Part shown: piece after piece, positions 9,873-23,175 of the stretch | Layout: every line of letters starts with the position of its first letter | How positions within the stretch are numbered: position 1 is the stretch's first letter | NCBI GenBank assembly: GCA_951406725.2 | Contig: OX597822.1 | Coordinates: forward strand, 118,420,001-118,484,000 | Length of the DNA: 64,000 nt | Direction of reading: 5' to 3' | Source: Octopus vulgaris | Lineage: Eukaryota | The notes under the pieces: generated by a model | The model's database searches: none | What the model saw: only the letters and a program-made list of their open reading frames with translations | Told to the model about the DNA's origin: nothing | Translations under genes and position numbers: made by a program

Positions 9873-11264
9873 CTCTCTCTATATATATATATATATGTGT
9901 ATATATATATATATAAAGTGTAAATGAGTAACAAAGCAAAGAGGTTCAGGTGTCAATTCGTTATGTCCACTTCAAGGAACTCCTTTAATTGATTAAGGAA
10001 AACCTTGCATCATTGCAAAGAATCCGTTTTCATCAGATGACTGCTTGGACTTCAAACATAAAGGACAATTTGACTGATTTAACATAGTCACAACCCCACA
10101 GAGCCAAAATATTTACACTGATTCTGCTGCTATTCAGGTGGCTCAATGAATTTACCAAACAGTTTATATCATGTCAGAACAAACAGAATTTAGAGGATGG
10201 TAGAGGTTATAGAAGGGGGAAGGAATATTTGAAACCATTGACCCAGTTACCTATACTTCAAAACGATATATGGTATAATCTGTTGAGAACATAGTAGAGT
10301 ACAATATAAAGTTCGTCCACCTTCAGATTTCACCCTGTGCTGTCCAGTAGTAGTATTAAACATACTTCCAGGCTTGTGTTTGGGCATCTGTCATGTATAA
10401 ATAGATAATTGAAAAACTTTGGGATCAGCAAAAAGGAGTACAGTTGGACATTTATTTTTCAATCACTACAATTGTTTCTATGTAGCTCTCCAGGCATGCA
10501 GGTACTTTATTATGCAACTGTTTCCCTGCATTATGAGATCTTGTTGTGTTTCCTCAGGTGATGTGTAAATATTGTCTCCGTAAGTTCAAATTCTCAGCTT
10601 CAAGAACATCCTTAATTTGCTTCAACTTTATTTATTTTTTACATTAATCTTAATCTTATATTACAAATTTTACAGGCACTTCCCCCCCCCCCCACTAACT
10701 AAACATAGACACATATAGGGGTATACGCATGCACAAATGAAGACACATACAATAGGAATACAAAATACAAAATGGCTGACCGTTGGTAAGGAGAGACACA
10801 CAAATAAGAAAGAAGAAAGCAAAGGACCACTGATGCGGTCATGTGAGTGTGACGAAAGAACTCTGGCCGAAATAAGATTAAGATTAAGGTAAAAAATTAA
10901 TAAAGCTGAAGCAAAGTAACACCAAATATATAGTGCGTGTGTTTTAATTGGCTAAACTGGCAAAATGACCATCCCTAAATACAACAATATCTGTTTCAAC
11001 ACACAATTTCACATAAAAAATCTTGCAAAACAAATATATATATATATATAGTACAAAGTAAGATAGGGGTTATGAAGGTAACCCACTATGGGATATCAGT
11101 TATCCAATATACTGCTGGTAAAGTACCCAAATACTAAATACATAAATGCTTATAATTGCAATGCAATTAATTCATTTATTGTATTGAATGGGTGAAAGTA
11201 AAAAATATTTTACCGTAAATTCATAATACAAATAAGAAAATGGAGGAACAGATTCATTTCGATC

Positions 11265-11301
<37 letters not shown>

Positions 11302-12373
11302 TATATATTGCTTGGTGACACAACAATTATGATGATGGAATATGCAAATATATTTACTAATACACACATGGCATTCAACATATGTATATTATGAAATCCA
11401 CATGTGTTAAATAATTTAATTGTTGAAACTGTACTGTTTGTTTCTGTAGAAAATTTAGTGACATTCATGTTTGTTTTATATTCTATTATTATGTACTCTT
11501 TTATTATTTAACAAGTCTCAGTTTGCATTGTGCATATTGTTGTGGTCTTTTGAGTTTTTCACTAATGTAAAGAACCATCAAATCCTTTGTACAATATTTT
11601 GCTCTGGAGAAGAAAGGCAAAAAAAAAGGAAAAAGGAAATAATGAACAAAAAGATGTCACTTTTCCATGATACAAATAACATGTGCATCCCTTTTTTAAT
11701 ATATCCCTATTTCAAGGTGGTGTGAAGGCACATGGTTCAGTGGTTAGAGAGTCAAGCTTATGATCATGAGGTTGTGAGTTTGAATCCCGGACTGGGCTGT
11801 GCATTATGTTCTTGAGCAAGACACTTTATTTCACATTGCTCCAGTTCACTCATCTGTAGAAATGAGTTCCGACGTCACAGGTGCCAAGCTGTATCGGGCC
11901 CTTTGGATAACACTAGTGGTGTGGAGAGGGGAGGCTGGTACGCATGGGCGACTGCTGGTCTTCCATAAACAACCTTGCCTGGACTTGTGCCTGGGAGGGT
12001 AACTTTCTAGGGGCAATCCCATGGTCGGTGTCGTGACCAAGGAAGCGGGGTCTCATTTCAAGGTGGTGAGCAGAATTGTTAGCACACCAGGCAAAATACT
12101 TAGTAGCATTTTGTCTGTCTTTATGTTCTGAGTTCAAATTCCACTGAGGTCAACTTTGACTTTCAAAATTGATAGAATAAATGCCAGTTGAGTTCTGAGG
12201 TTGATTTAATCAAATTAGACCCTCCTCCAAAACTGCTGGCCTTGTGCCAGAATTTGAAACCAATATATCCTTATATCACATCAGGAAATATACTGAGGTC
12301 AGTGCTGAAAAATACCAACATACTGCCCACTGCTCTACCAAAGTAATAATTTTAGAAAAGCTCTTGTGAACAA

Positions 12374-12700
12374 TGTAGCATTCTGGAAGCTTCTGGGAAC
12401 TTCTAGTTCATTCCTTACATAAAGGAAGGAATTTCTAAATTCACGCCATTCAGTGCCACTTGATTCTTCGACACACGTTGGGTCACACTAGAGCATTTAC
12501 ACACCAGCTCGCGTGCACATTCACCTCACTTACTTGGAGACATGTGAATGCAAACAGAATATATTCATGTAATGTTACAAACTTTCCTTCAGTTAACCTT
12601 ATTTATTAACACATTACCTCCAGTAATAAATATGTTATGACTTATTACAAACGTCTTGTGAATTTCTATTTTCTTGTTGTTATGTACAAGATGGTGACCC
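12374..12700 (+). mobile_element. LTR (TG...CA) followed by primer-binding-site remnant
   Basis: TGTAG...GTACA 12374-12688 with internal AATAAA, then TGGTGACCC, complementary to a tRNA-Trp-type 3' end. Confidence 0.55.
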
Positions 12701-14128
12701 TGCTTTCTCTCATACTCATTAAATTATAGCGTGTCATTTAATCGACATTACCACCATAAAATGGCAACCTTGACATCACTATGTATATATAAATATATAT
12801 ACACACACATATGTATACACACACATACAAAATGTTTATATGTATGTGTGTGTGTGTGTATATATACATACATATATATGACAGGCTTCTTTCAATTTCT
12901 AATTGTTTCTTTACTACCCACAAGGGGCTAAACACAGAGGAGACAAACAAGGACAGACAAAGGGATTAAGTCGATTACATCAACCCCAGTGTTTAACTGT
13001 TGCTTATTTAATCGACCCCGAAAGGATGAAAGGCAAAGTCGACCTCAGCAGAATTTGAACTCAGAATGTAACAGCAGATGAAATACCACTAAGCATTTCG
13101 CCCGGCATGTAAATGTTTCTGCCAGCTCACCGCTTCTTTCAATTTCTGTTGACCAAAACCATTCACAAGGGCTTGGTCAGCCTTGGGCTATAGTAGAAGG
13201 CACTTGCAATAGGTGCTGTGCAGAGGGACTGGACCAGAAACCATGTGGCTGAAAAGCATACTTCTGTAGCAAGGCTTAGAACCAAACCTTACAACTTTAG
13301 TGATGAGGATCAGACCACAAAAAGATCAGGCAACATGCCCTGAATATTAACCACTCAGCTTGCAGAAATGTTACCCATATCATAAAGTTTAGTAAAATCA
13401 TATCATATAGTTTAGTAAAATTAATTAAAAGAGCTCAGTGAACTTTCCACGAGAGGGGAAAATTCAACATTTCAGACAGAGACCTTTTTTGGGGGAAAAA
13501 TTGACTGGAGAGAAATTAATGGGAGACAGCAGAGTTTTACATATTCTACATTATAAAAACAGACTGCAACTCAAGTCTTTCCAATGCAGACCAACACCAG
13601 TCATTTTGGGGTTTGCTCAAATCGATTTTGTATTCCCTATCTGGCATGTACTATACTTTGAGCAAAGCATTGAATTATTTCTCTTATTTGACAGCAGATA
13701 TCAATAAGAACAGAGATAAAACTTCAGTCAATAGTTCCTAATTAAATGTCTTAATGTCATTAAGTGTTCCCATATGAGTTAACACATCATTGAACTGAAA
13801 GTTAAAGAAATCATTCAGTGATCTTTGGATTAGAACCCCATTTTTATTTCCATCAATTTGCATTCATCTGATGATCAGCATGCACGCCAGATAAAATGCG
13901 CAGCAACAGTTTGTCTGTCTTTACATTCTGAGCTTAAGTTCTGCCAAGGTCAACTTTGCTTTTCATCTTTTGGGATAGATACAATAAGTACCAGTCAAGC
14001 GCTGGAGTCAATGAAATCAACTGCTCCCTCCCCTCAAAAACTGTTGGCCCTGAGCTAAAATTTGAAACCATGCTCATGGTTGTGTGGGTAGGTGCAGTTG
14101 TGGTTATGTGGTAAGAAGCTTGCTCCCA

Positions 14129-15512
14129 TGCATGCGTCAGGTTATTCGCTGCCTGGATTTTCTAAGAGTTGGACATAGTTTTTTGTGTTGCTTAGAAGAT
14201 GTACTCAGACATTGATGGGTCTAAGTTGTCACCGGAGGAGGAGGAGCTGGTAAGGGCAGTCATAAAGATGGACGGAGTGTTGAAGACAAGGAGTTTTGCT
14301 GAAGCCACAGAGGTAAAGTGAAGAGAGCTGGACTTGGCTGGTCTGAAGGAGTATGAGAAGATGGCTAAGAAGGTGGGCAGCGAAGTGAAGTTGTCACTTC
14401 CCAAAGGAATTATGGAGAGGTTGGAGAAGAAAACGATCACCTATAAGGTGTACTCGTTGAAAGGAAAAAAGGCAGAACAGGTGGAGACAGAAGTGGAAAA
14501 GGCGAAGAGGGAACAATCAAAGGAGATAACGTACATAACCAAGGGAAGAAGATATGGGACAATGGTCGTCCAGTTTAGGACAGTAGAGGAGGCTGGCGAG
14601 TGTGGCGGTGAAAACAGAGGAAGTAGTGCTTCTGCCCACATACCTTGGAAGAAAGACTTCCAAAGTGAGGGTAGAAGTAGTTCCACTTGATATAGAAGTA
14701 GCTTGGGTAGTGGCAGCTGTTCTTGTTCGAAGCGAGGAGAAGGTGGCTGTCCTCTAAGCTACAGCAACAGAAGGAGGGTGGAAAGGAAAGACACTTGAAT
14801 TCATTATTCAGACGGAGGAGGGTCAACTGGAGAACTTGGCAGGGAGAGTGACACTGGAGGAAACCGTGCTGAGGGTATGGGTAGAGGGCAGAGAACCACA
14901 TTGTTTTAAATGTGGCCAAAAGGGGCCACATTAGAGAATACTGCCTTCTACAGAGGACAATAACTGAGGGAACAGTTGTGGAGACGGAAGAGAAAAGAGA
15001 GGAAGAAAAAACAGACGGAAGAAAGGAGGAAAAGGAGGAAGAATGGAAAGTTACAGAGAGCAGAAGGAGAAAGAGTAAAAAATAGAAAAAAACACTGAGT
15101 ATGTTGTGGTACCCCAGTCCAACTCCATCCCACCCAAAACCACTCAGACTCATCCTCCCCATACAGTCACCAAACCCACCCATCCCATTTCCCCACAAGA
15201 AAAAAAAAGAAAAAGAAAGAACAGACATCACAAAATTTAGAAGACCCCCCACCCAGTGAAAAAGATGACGAATGCATGGCAGAGAGAATGATGTCACTAA
15301 GTGATGAAGAAAGGGAAAAAAGGGTTGGACTGAAGGAGAAAAAGGACTTAGAACCCAGAGGCAGTGAGTGGTGTTACTCAGTGTGGGGTGAGTAGCACAC
15401 TCTTCATAATATCATATTCAGATATGTGTCATTCATTTTATATTCATTTCATGTGTCATTCACATGTGTTGTAGTGTCCCTCACTGTGTAATGCCTTTAT
15501 GGCAATTTAAAA
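14129..15512 (+). mobile_element. Decayed gag/ORF1-like non-LTR element with CCHC zinc-knuckle remnant
   Basis: Purine-rich broken ORF (EELVRAVIKMDGVLKTRSFAEA; RYGTMVVQFRTVEEA; CFKCGQKG..). Ends GGCAATTTAAAAGAA. No RT present. Confidence 0.6.
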
Positions 15513-15514
15513 GA

Positions 15515-16018
15515 ATCAAATCAAAACAAATCAAAATAGATGAACATCAATGGAATTTGTATCTTTGTGGTACCAGTGCCGGTGGCACACAAGAAAATCA
15601 TCCGAACGTGGCCGTAGCCAGTACCGCATAGACTGGCCTCCGTGCTTTGGGGACGTAACAAACACCATCCGATCGTGGCCGTCCGCCAGCCTCATCTGGC
15701 ACCTGTGTCGGTGGCACATAAAAACACCATCCGAGCGTGGCCGTCTGCCAGCCTCGTCTGGCACCTGTGTCGGTGGCACATAAAAACACCATCCGAGCGT
15801 GGCCGTTCGCCAGCCTCGTCTGGCACCTGTGTCGGTGGCACATAAAATCACCCACTACACTCTCGGAGTGGTTGGCGTTAGGAAGGGCATCCAGCTGTAG
15901 AAACACTGCCAGATCTGACTGGCCTGGTGCAGCCTTCGGGCTCCCCAGACCCCAGTTGAACCGTCCAACCCATGCTAGCATGGAAAACGGACGCTAAATG
16001 ATGATGATGATGATGATG
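15515..16018 (+). mobile_element. RTE LINE 3' UTR with internal 62-bp minisatellite and (TGA)n tail
   Basis: GGCACA repeats at 15713, 15775 and 15837 (period 62). Same 3' end as 8200-8525. Confidence 0.85.
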
Positions 16019-16410
16019 AAGAAGCTTGCTTCCCAACCACATGGTTCTGGGTTCATTCTCACTGCATGGCACCTTGAGCAAGTGTCCTCTACTATAGCTC
16101 CAGGCCGACCAAAGCCTTGTGGGTGGATTTGGTAGACGGAAACTAAAAGAAGCTCATTGTGTGTGTGTTTGTTTGTGTGTGTGTGTGTATCTGTGTGTGA
16201 GTCTTTGTGTCTTTGTTTGTCCCCACCACCCATCACTGCTTGACAACCAGTATTGGAGTGTTTATGTCCCTGTAAATTAGCATTTCGGTATTAAGTACTA
16301 AGCTTCAAAAATAAGCCCTGGGGTCAATTTGTTTGACTTAAAACCCTTCAAGGTGGTGCTCCAGCATGGCTACAGTCAAAGGACTGAAACAAGTTAAAGA
16401 ATAAAAGAAT
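16019..16410 (+). mobile_element. SINE family A, 3' part (5' part at ~14090-14128), split by a 1.9-kb insertion
   Basis: AAGAAGCTTGCT(T)CCCA is duplicated at 14113-14128 and 16019-16035. Confidence 0.8.
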
Positions 16411-16905
16411 ATATTAAAAAATTTTTTTTTTTAATCAGCTGATTGGGATGGGTTTGTTTTGGCTTGCAGTTGATATATGTTGTTCTTGGGCTATTTTTCA
16501 AAATTGTTTAGAAAAGCAGATAAATTTCGAGATTGAATCCACAAATTTATGGTAATGAGCTTGCATTAGGCAGTCGCTGAAATCACTGCAAGCAGTTGAC
16601 AGAGAACAAGAGGTCATAAACAAAAGAAGATAAAGACCAGGTACCTCAAAGCTAAAGGTCATGGACAACACCAGTGAAATAATAGCTTATAAATTATTAA
16701 TGAATAATTCCCAAGTCAAGTGAAAAGTTCTTTTGCACCAGTGAAAAGTTCATAGTAAATAGCAACATTGCCCAAATTTATATTCCATCTTAGGCAACAA
16801 CAGAAAAATGAACGGGAAGCAACAAATACTAAACCATATGGTACAATCATACTCTCCGGAAAGTTCACAGAAGAGAACTTAATTTAATAATGCACACACA
16901 AACAC

Positions 16906-16958
<53 letters not shown>

Positions 16959-17149
16959 ACACATTTGAATTGAAAGGCAAAATAAAACAACAAAAGGAAA
17001 CTTCGCCGGACCTCAATTACGAAATCATTTGTTGCGTAGCAAAGTGAAAGTAGATTTCTAAACTCAATGATTGTCGATCAAATTCTTTTAAATCATTTTT
17101 TTTTTTTTTAATTCAAACACCTTCACAATTTAACAAAATCAACGAACGC

Positions 17150-17340
17150 TTTAATTTTTGCCGGCGCTTATCTATACGTAGACCGACTAATTTTATTAAT
17201 GGTACAAAAAAAATAAAGGTCAAAAATGTACTGAAAACCAATAACGCATAAATGGACGACTTTCGACTGAAACAGACACCGTAAGGACGCATGCGCATTG
17301 CTGTGTTAGCGAGGCGTCCACTTCCGGCAGCCTGGGTTTC
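17150..17340 (+). promoter_or_regulatory. Candidate housekeeping-type promoter (NRF1-like and ETS motifs, CpG-enriched)
   Basis: CGCATGCGCA at 17288-17297 and CACTTCCGG at 17319-17327 in non-repetitive, CpG-retaining sequence. Confidence 0.55.
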
Positions 17341-17537
17341 TATGATGTCATATCGCAAAAGTTGCTCAATGTTCTTCTTCTTGTTCTTCTTCTCCGATGG
17401 ACTTTGTCTTCGTGGTTAGTCTCTGGCAATAGAAAGACACACAGGGGAGTTTCCTTTTACCTGACGTCTCTTACCTGGTGTTTTGATTCTAAAGACACGA
17501 GAGTTGACTTAATTAACGATCTTCATGAAACCATCCA
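17340..17537 (+). other. Candidate non-coding first exon (possibly of SPG21)
   Basis: Follows the promoter motifs and ends at donor CCA|GTGAGT (17538). The SPG21 start exon is preceded by an acceptor, so it needs an upstream exon. Start coordinate is approximate. Confidence 0.4.
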
Positions 17538-17754
17538 GTGAGTGCAAACATTATTTATATTTCGATTTGTGTTTATATTTTGCCGACTGTCATTTCAGTC
17601 ATGTTGTTCTGTCGTTCGTTAACCTTAAGCTCATATGCAGTGTGTGTGTGCGTGTATATATGTATATATATATATTATATAATGCCTCAGTTGTTCATAC
17701 GTCCGAAAAAAAAAAGCACACTATTTTAGATACTGCGAGAGACATTTGTGTGTA

Positions 17755-17797
17755 TACATCTATCTTTCTATCCATCTTTCTATCCATCTTTCTATCC

Positions 17798-17886
<89 letters not shown>

Positions 17887-18150
17887 TTCTACCTGCCTAC
17901 TTTCCTACATATCTGTCTATCTATCTATCTATCCATCTATCTGTCTGTCTGTCCATCTATCTGTCTGTCTATCTATCTATCTAACTATCTATTTATATAA
18001 CGATTGCAGTTACTCCTCCCTATTGTAAAACAAATCACTTAAACCTATCTTTCTACCTACCTACATGTCTATCTATCTATCTTTCTACCTGCCTACTTAC
18101 CTACATATCTATCTATCTATATGTGTGTTGTATACACACACACACAAACA
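17755..18150. repeat. Compound (TATC)n/(CT)n/(TGTC)n microsatellite
   Basis: Direct inspection. Confidence 0.95.
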
Positions 18151-19094
18151 CCTTGACTGATGACAATGCAACCTACTTCACTGATTATGTCAAAAATATT
18201 ATTCAAGAGAAAAAAGACAATTGTTTTGTTTTTCCGCCTCTAATCTACAAGTTAACCTGTATGAGGTTCTCTGTATAAGTTAATATATACACACATATAT
18301 ATATATACACACACACATATATATATATATATATGCACGCACGCCTCCCTGTATTATGAATGAGCTTATTTTTGTTCTGTTATTGAATGATTATTTATAT
18401 AAGAATAAGTTAGAGTAAACAGTACATAAATTGAATGAGTTATTGCAAACAAGAAGTTCGTAATTACTTTTTAATTAATTAGTTTAGTCTCAGCCGCATC
18501 CCAATCCAAAGAGACATTTAAACCACCGAAGCGGGATTCTTGTGTTTTCCACGCTTTACAAATATTCTTCTGTTTTGTTGATAAATTTATTGATCATCAG
18601 AAAAATGTTTCGTTATGAATGTCTTCGATTTCCTTGCGTGGGTTTGATTGCAATAAGTGTAACATTCGAACGTATATCATCGATACAAGCAGAACAGTAA
18701 GTTTCACAATTTGGCGCAAGGTCAGCAATTTTGAGGGGAGGGGCAAAGTCCGAATCCAGTACTTGTCCGTTGCTTAATTTCTTTTCGATTCCGAAAGCAT
18801 GGAAGGCTACGTCGACCTCTGTGGGACTTGAACCTAGAACGTATAGGTTCGGAAGAAATCCCGCTGAGTATTTTTGTTCGACGCGCTAATGCTTTTTCCA
18901 ACTCGCCGCCTTAATAATAATAATAACTGTTTCTTTATTACTCATAAGGGGCTACACACAGAGGGAACAAACAAGGACAGACATAGGTATTATTAAGTCG
19001 ATTACATCGACCCCAGTGCGTAACTGGTACTTAATTTATCGACCCTGAAAGTCGACCTCGGCGGAATTTGAACTCAGAACGTAACGGCAGACGA

Positions 19095-19125
<31 letters not shown>

Positions 19126-22100
19126 GTGTAGATTCGTCAATTACTTAAATAGGTGTTGAGTTCGGGTTGTCTTCTATTTTCGTGGCATCACCACATAGCC
19201 ACCCGCTTTCTTGTGTGGTATATATTAGACTTTTTATTCTTTAGTTTCAAGTTTTATTTTGTTTTGGAAAATTCATTTGAAATAAAGCAAATAAATTTAT
19301 TTTATATCAAGGAGATACGTTGTTAGAATAGCCAAAATAACAAGCTACCCTCACTTTAAGCACTTCACTTTCACAAATGTCACAGTAATGTCAACCCGTG
19401 GAATCGAACCCCGTGAGTATTAAACATCGCAGGCTCTAACCTGCCAAGGAACAGTGTCTGTGTAATTGCTCGACCTGCTAGAAACCATAGCATATACCCC
19501 TTCCCCGCCACGCTCCGTGTATCATAAGAAAGAAATATACATTGAACAGTACAGTTTCTGCCATTCTAATTCACGGAATGTCTCTGGCTTTTTTTCGCTT
19601 GACCAGGTCTGATCTGAAGTGAAATGGAAGCACCACACTTTTCTTGTTTATTGGTATGCTCAACACAACTCAATCATGGACACCATATTTACATTCTTTC
19701 TAATATAGATACACTTACAAACTGCCATATGCCATACGGTTCTTTTATAGAACCCGATAACCTTTTATTAAAAGCTCCCAAGTCGTCTCACATCCTTTGC
19801 TTTTATTCATAATAAAACACTGGAGATGGTTTTTTTATAATACTGCGGAGATTTCCTGTGATACAGCTTAATGATAACAAAATGATTATTTCTTAATGAA
19901 TACAGAAGATGAAAAAGAGGAGGAAAAAAAGCTATCGTATATGTGTAAATTTGTCTCAACCCACATATTGTATATGTCTGTCTGTGTGTGTTTTGAAATC
20001 CTTATTGACTGTATTTTGTCTTTTTCGAATATTTCTGCTGTGGAATACGTGTTTTTGACAATCAATAATGCATCTTTCATTTGTAGGTTTACTACATTAA
20101 CCCTCTGCATTTGCGTGTGTGTCTACAGTCACACACACACCCACACACATGTACACAGATCACAACTGCAAATCTATCGTATACAAATCTGGTGGGTGGA
20201 TCCTGCGTCTGTTTTCGTGTGTAATTCTGACACGAATATATATGCGTATCTACACATTACCCCCAAAGAATGTTTCAAATTGGATCTAGTTCATATATAT
20301 ATATATATATGTGTGTGTGTACGTATATAAAGGAGAGACAGTTAATTAGATTCAGTTAAGAAATAACAATGAGAGAAATAGCAAAAGTGGAAGAACAGAG
20401 AAATGAATACGTGTAATGCATAGATGTGTGTAAATATATATATATATATGCGTATGTGTGTAAATATATATATATATATATATATCGTGACGTATATTTG
20501 CCATTTGAATATGGCTAACCCCTAAGGGTGGATGCTACTGTAGTTTGTAGCCCCAGGAAGACACCTCCTCCAGCTGGCTATAGACACACTATCTGTGCCC
20601 TATCAGTCCGTGTGTATCAACTTATGATACACACGGACTCGAGTTTCAAGGTATTGACCTATCATCGGCGTGTGACAATCATAGTTGTCGACGAGAAGTC
20701 AGTTCTCCTCACAAATACATATACTTTTTCCAGTATCGATTGACACTGATATTGAAATATATATGTATTCAATTGAGAAACTTATATGTTACTAGAGAAA
20801 GTCAGAAAACTTAGTTTAAAAGAACGTAAACAAACCTCTGTTGGTTTGTAATAAAGCCATTTAATTAAAATTCAAAACCAGAATTCCTAATCAAAATTAT
20901 AAAAAAATATCAACACTGTGAATACATTTTTTGTTTTTTTAATTATAAATCACAAAATACGTTTTATTTTCTTAGTTTCCAACAGGAGCCAGTTTAATTT
21001 TTCTTGGAATTGTTTTTAAGTTGTAGTTTTTGTTTTGAAACCAGGAAGGTGTTTGATAAAACGATTTTGTATTCTCTTGGCTAAATGTGTTAGCAATTGG
21101 ATACAAGCACCAGAAAACGAGGGAAGTAATATAAAAAGTACTCTTGACCCTTTTTAAGGGTCTTCTCAGTCTCAAGTTGTCTCCTTGTTTGTCAACCACC
21201 TTACCGAGTGTACTTTTTATTTTGGTTCTAGCTCCAGTGGGGTTGCTTTGAACTGTGCATGATTAAAAAGCTCTTTCTGCTTTATGATGTGTTTGTTTGA
21301 TTAGGGCAACATGACAGAGAAGGTGAATAGAAGAGGAATTAGAATGGGAGAGAAATGGGGATTGAGGTAAGAGGGTAGCAGAGCAGGAGGAAAAGCAATG
21401 GTAGGGGACAGTTGCAAGAATGAGGGATCGATATCAATAAGAAATGATCCAGCAGAGAGGGGGTAATGATTGGAAATGTAGAATGATGCTTGAGTGTATG
21501 TGGGTACAAAGAGTTTTGATGCCATGATAAGTGGGAGAAGCAGAATCATGAGGATGGTGGTGGTGCTGGTAGTCATTTAATATGGATGGGTCCAATACCA
21601 TTATTCTATTTCTTTTACTACCCACAAGGGGCTAAACATAGTGGACAAAACAAGGACAGACAAAGGGATTAAGTTGATTACATCGAACCCCCCCCCCCCA
21701 GTGTGTAACTGGTACTTAATTTATCGACCCCGAAAGGATGAAAGGCAAAGTTGACCTTAGTAGAATTTGAACTCAGAAAGTAAAAGCAGACGAAATACCG
21801 CTAGACATTTTGCCTGGTGTGTTAACGTTTCTGCCAGCTGTTGACCTACTTGACTCAATAGGTCTCCTCAAGAACAGCAGGTCACTCTACGATCCAAGGT
21901 TAGCACAGCAGGCCGTCCTGCGAGCCATGAACTCACTTCATTTGTCAGGTCTTCACAGTCACAGCATATTTCCAGAGGTCTAAATTCTTCTGAATTGGCA
22001 ACAGTGATGAGGCAGGTGGTGTAGACATACTTTTAGCAGAGAAATGGTTAGGTAAAGTGGTTGGGGGTGGTAAGTGTGTGATAGGGTTGCTAAGCTAAAA

Positions 22101-22189
22101 CTAGTCTTAGATAATATAACAATGACATCTCTGTATATGTTCGACATCCTGGACAGACAGATGAAGAGCAGCACTGCAGATAGACTCAC

Positions 22190-22680
22190 AATGGAAGACT
22201 CGTTGTCATGGCTGGTGGACTAAGTAAACATGTTGGGTAGCACTCTAATGGATTTCATGGTATGGATGGAGGCTTCAGCTTTGGTTCTAGAAATGGGGAG
22301 GAAACAAGGCTGCTGGAGTTCTGTAGTGAAAATGACTTGTTTTGCATTGCTAACTTCAGGAAACCAGTCAGCCACCTAATCACCTATAAGTTCTGGTGGA
22401 CACACAAGCCAGATTGACTGCATTCTCACCAAAAACAGGGAGAAATCAATACTTGTGAACGCAAAGACTTCCTTGATGAAAAATCAACTCATTATAGGTT
22501 AGTGACTCCAGACTTAGGGCTAGAAGGACTCAGAAATTTAGAGAAATGCTAGTTGAAGCATTGCGCAAAAAGGAAAAAATAGCAACGTATAGCGTAGAGG
22601 ACAATCTAGTGAGGGCTACAGACCAAATCTATGGCTGGGGCAAAGCTTCAGCCAGCCCAAAGGTGACATGGTGATAGTAA
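22190..22680 (+). mobile_element. RTE LINE APE endonuclease remnant
   Basis: HVG..SNGFHG..GGFSFGSRNGEETRLLEFC..NDL and FRKPVSHLITY..GHTSQIDCIL, with frameshifts. Confidence 0.7.
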
Positions 22681-22687
22681 GGTACAC

Positions 22688-23098
22688 TAAGGCAGCAAGC
22701 TGGCAGAGTGGTTAGCACGCCGGGTGAAATGCTTAGTAGTATTTTGTCTGCCGTTACGTTCTGAGTTCAAATTCCACCGAGGTCAACTTTGCCTTTCATC
22801 CTTTCGGGGTCGATTAAATAAGTACCAGTTACGCACTGGGGTCGATGTAATTGACTTAATCCATTTGTCTGTCCTTGTTTGTCCCCTCTGTGTTTAGCCC
22901 CTTGGCGGTAGTAAAGAAATAGGTATCCCGTCTGCCGTTACGTTCTGAGTTCAAATTCCACCGAGGTCAACTTTGCCTTTCATCCTTTCGGGGTCGATTA
23001 AATAAGTACCACTTATGCACTGGGGTCGATTTAATCCGTTTGTCTGTCCTTGTTTGTCCCCCCTACGTTTAGCCCCTCGTGGGCAATGAAGAAATAAG
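22688..23098 (+). mobile_element. SINE family B dimer (head + 2 body units)
   Basis: Body repeats after AAAGAAATAG|GTAT. The whole dimer is flanked by TSD AGTAAGGTACAC. Confidence 0.85.
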
Positions 23099-23175
23099 CA
23101 CAGTAAGGTACACAGCGTAGAAAGATTAAGAAATAGATGCAGTAGAAAGTTATATCAGGTAACTAGGAAGGAAGC

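Noticed and set aside
15575-15850. CRISPR-like regular repeats
   Set aside because: Tandem 62-bp units without unique spacers, inside a LINE UTR, eukaryotic context, no cas genes.
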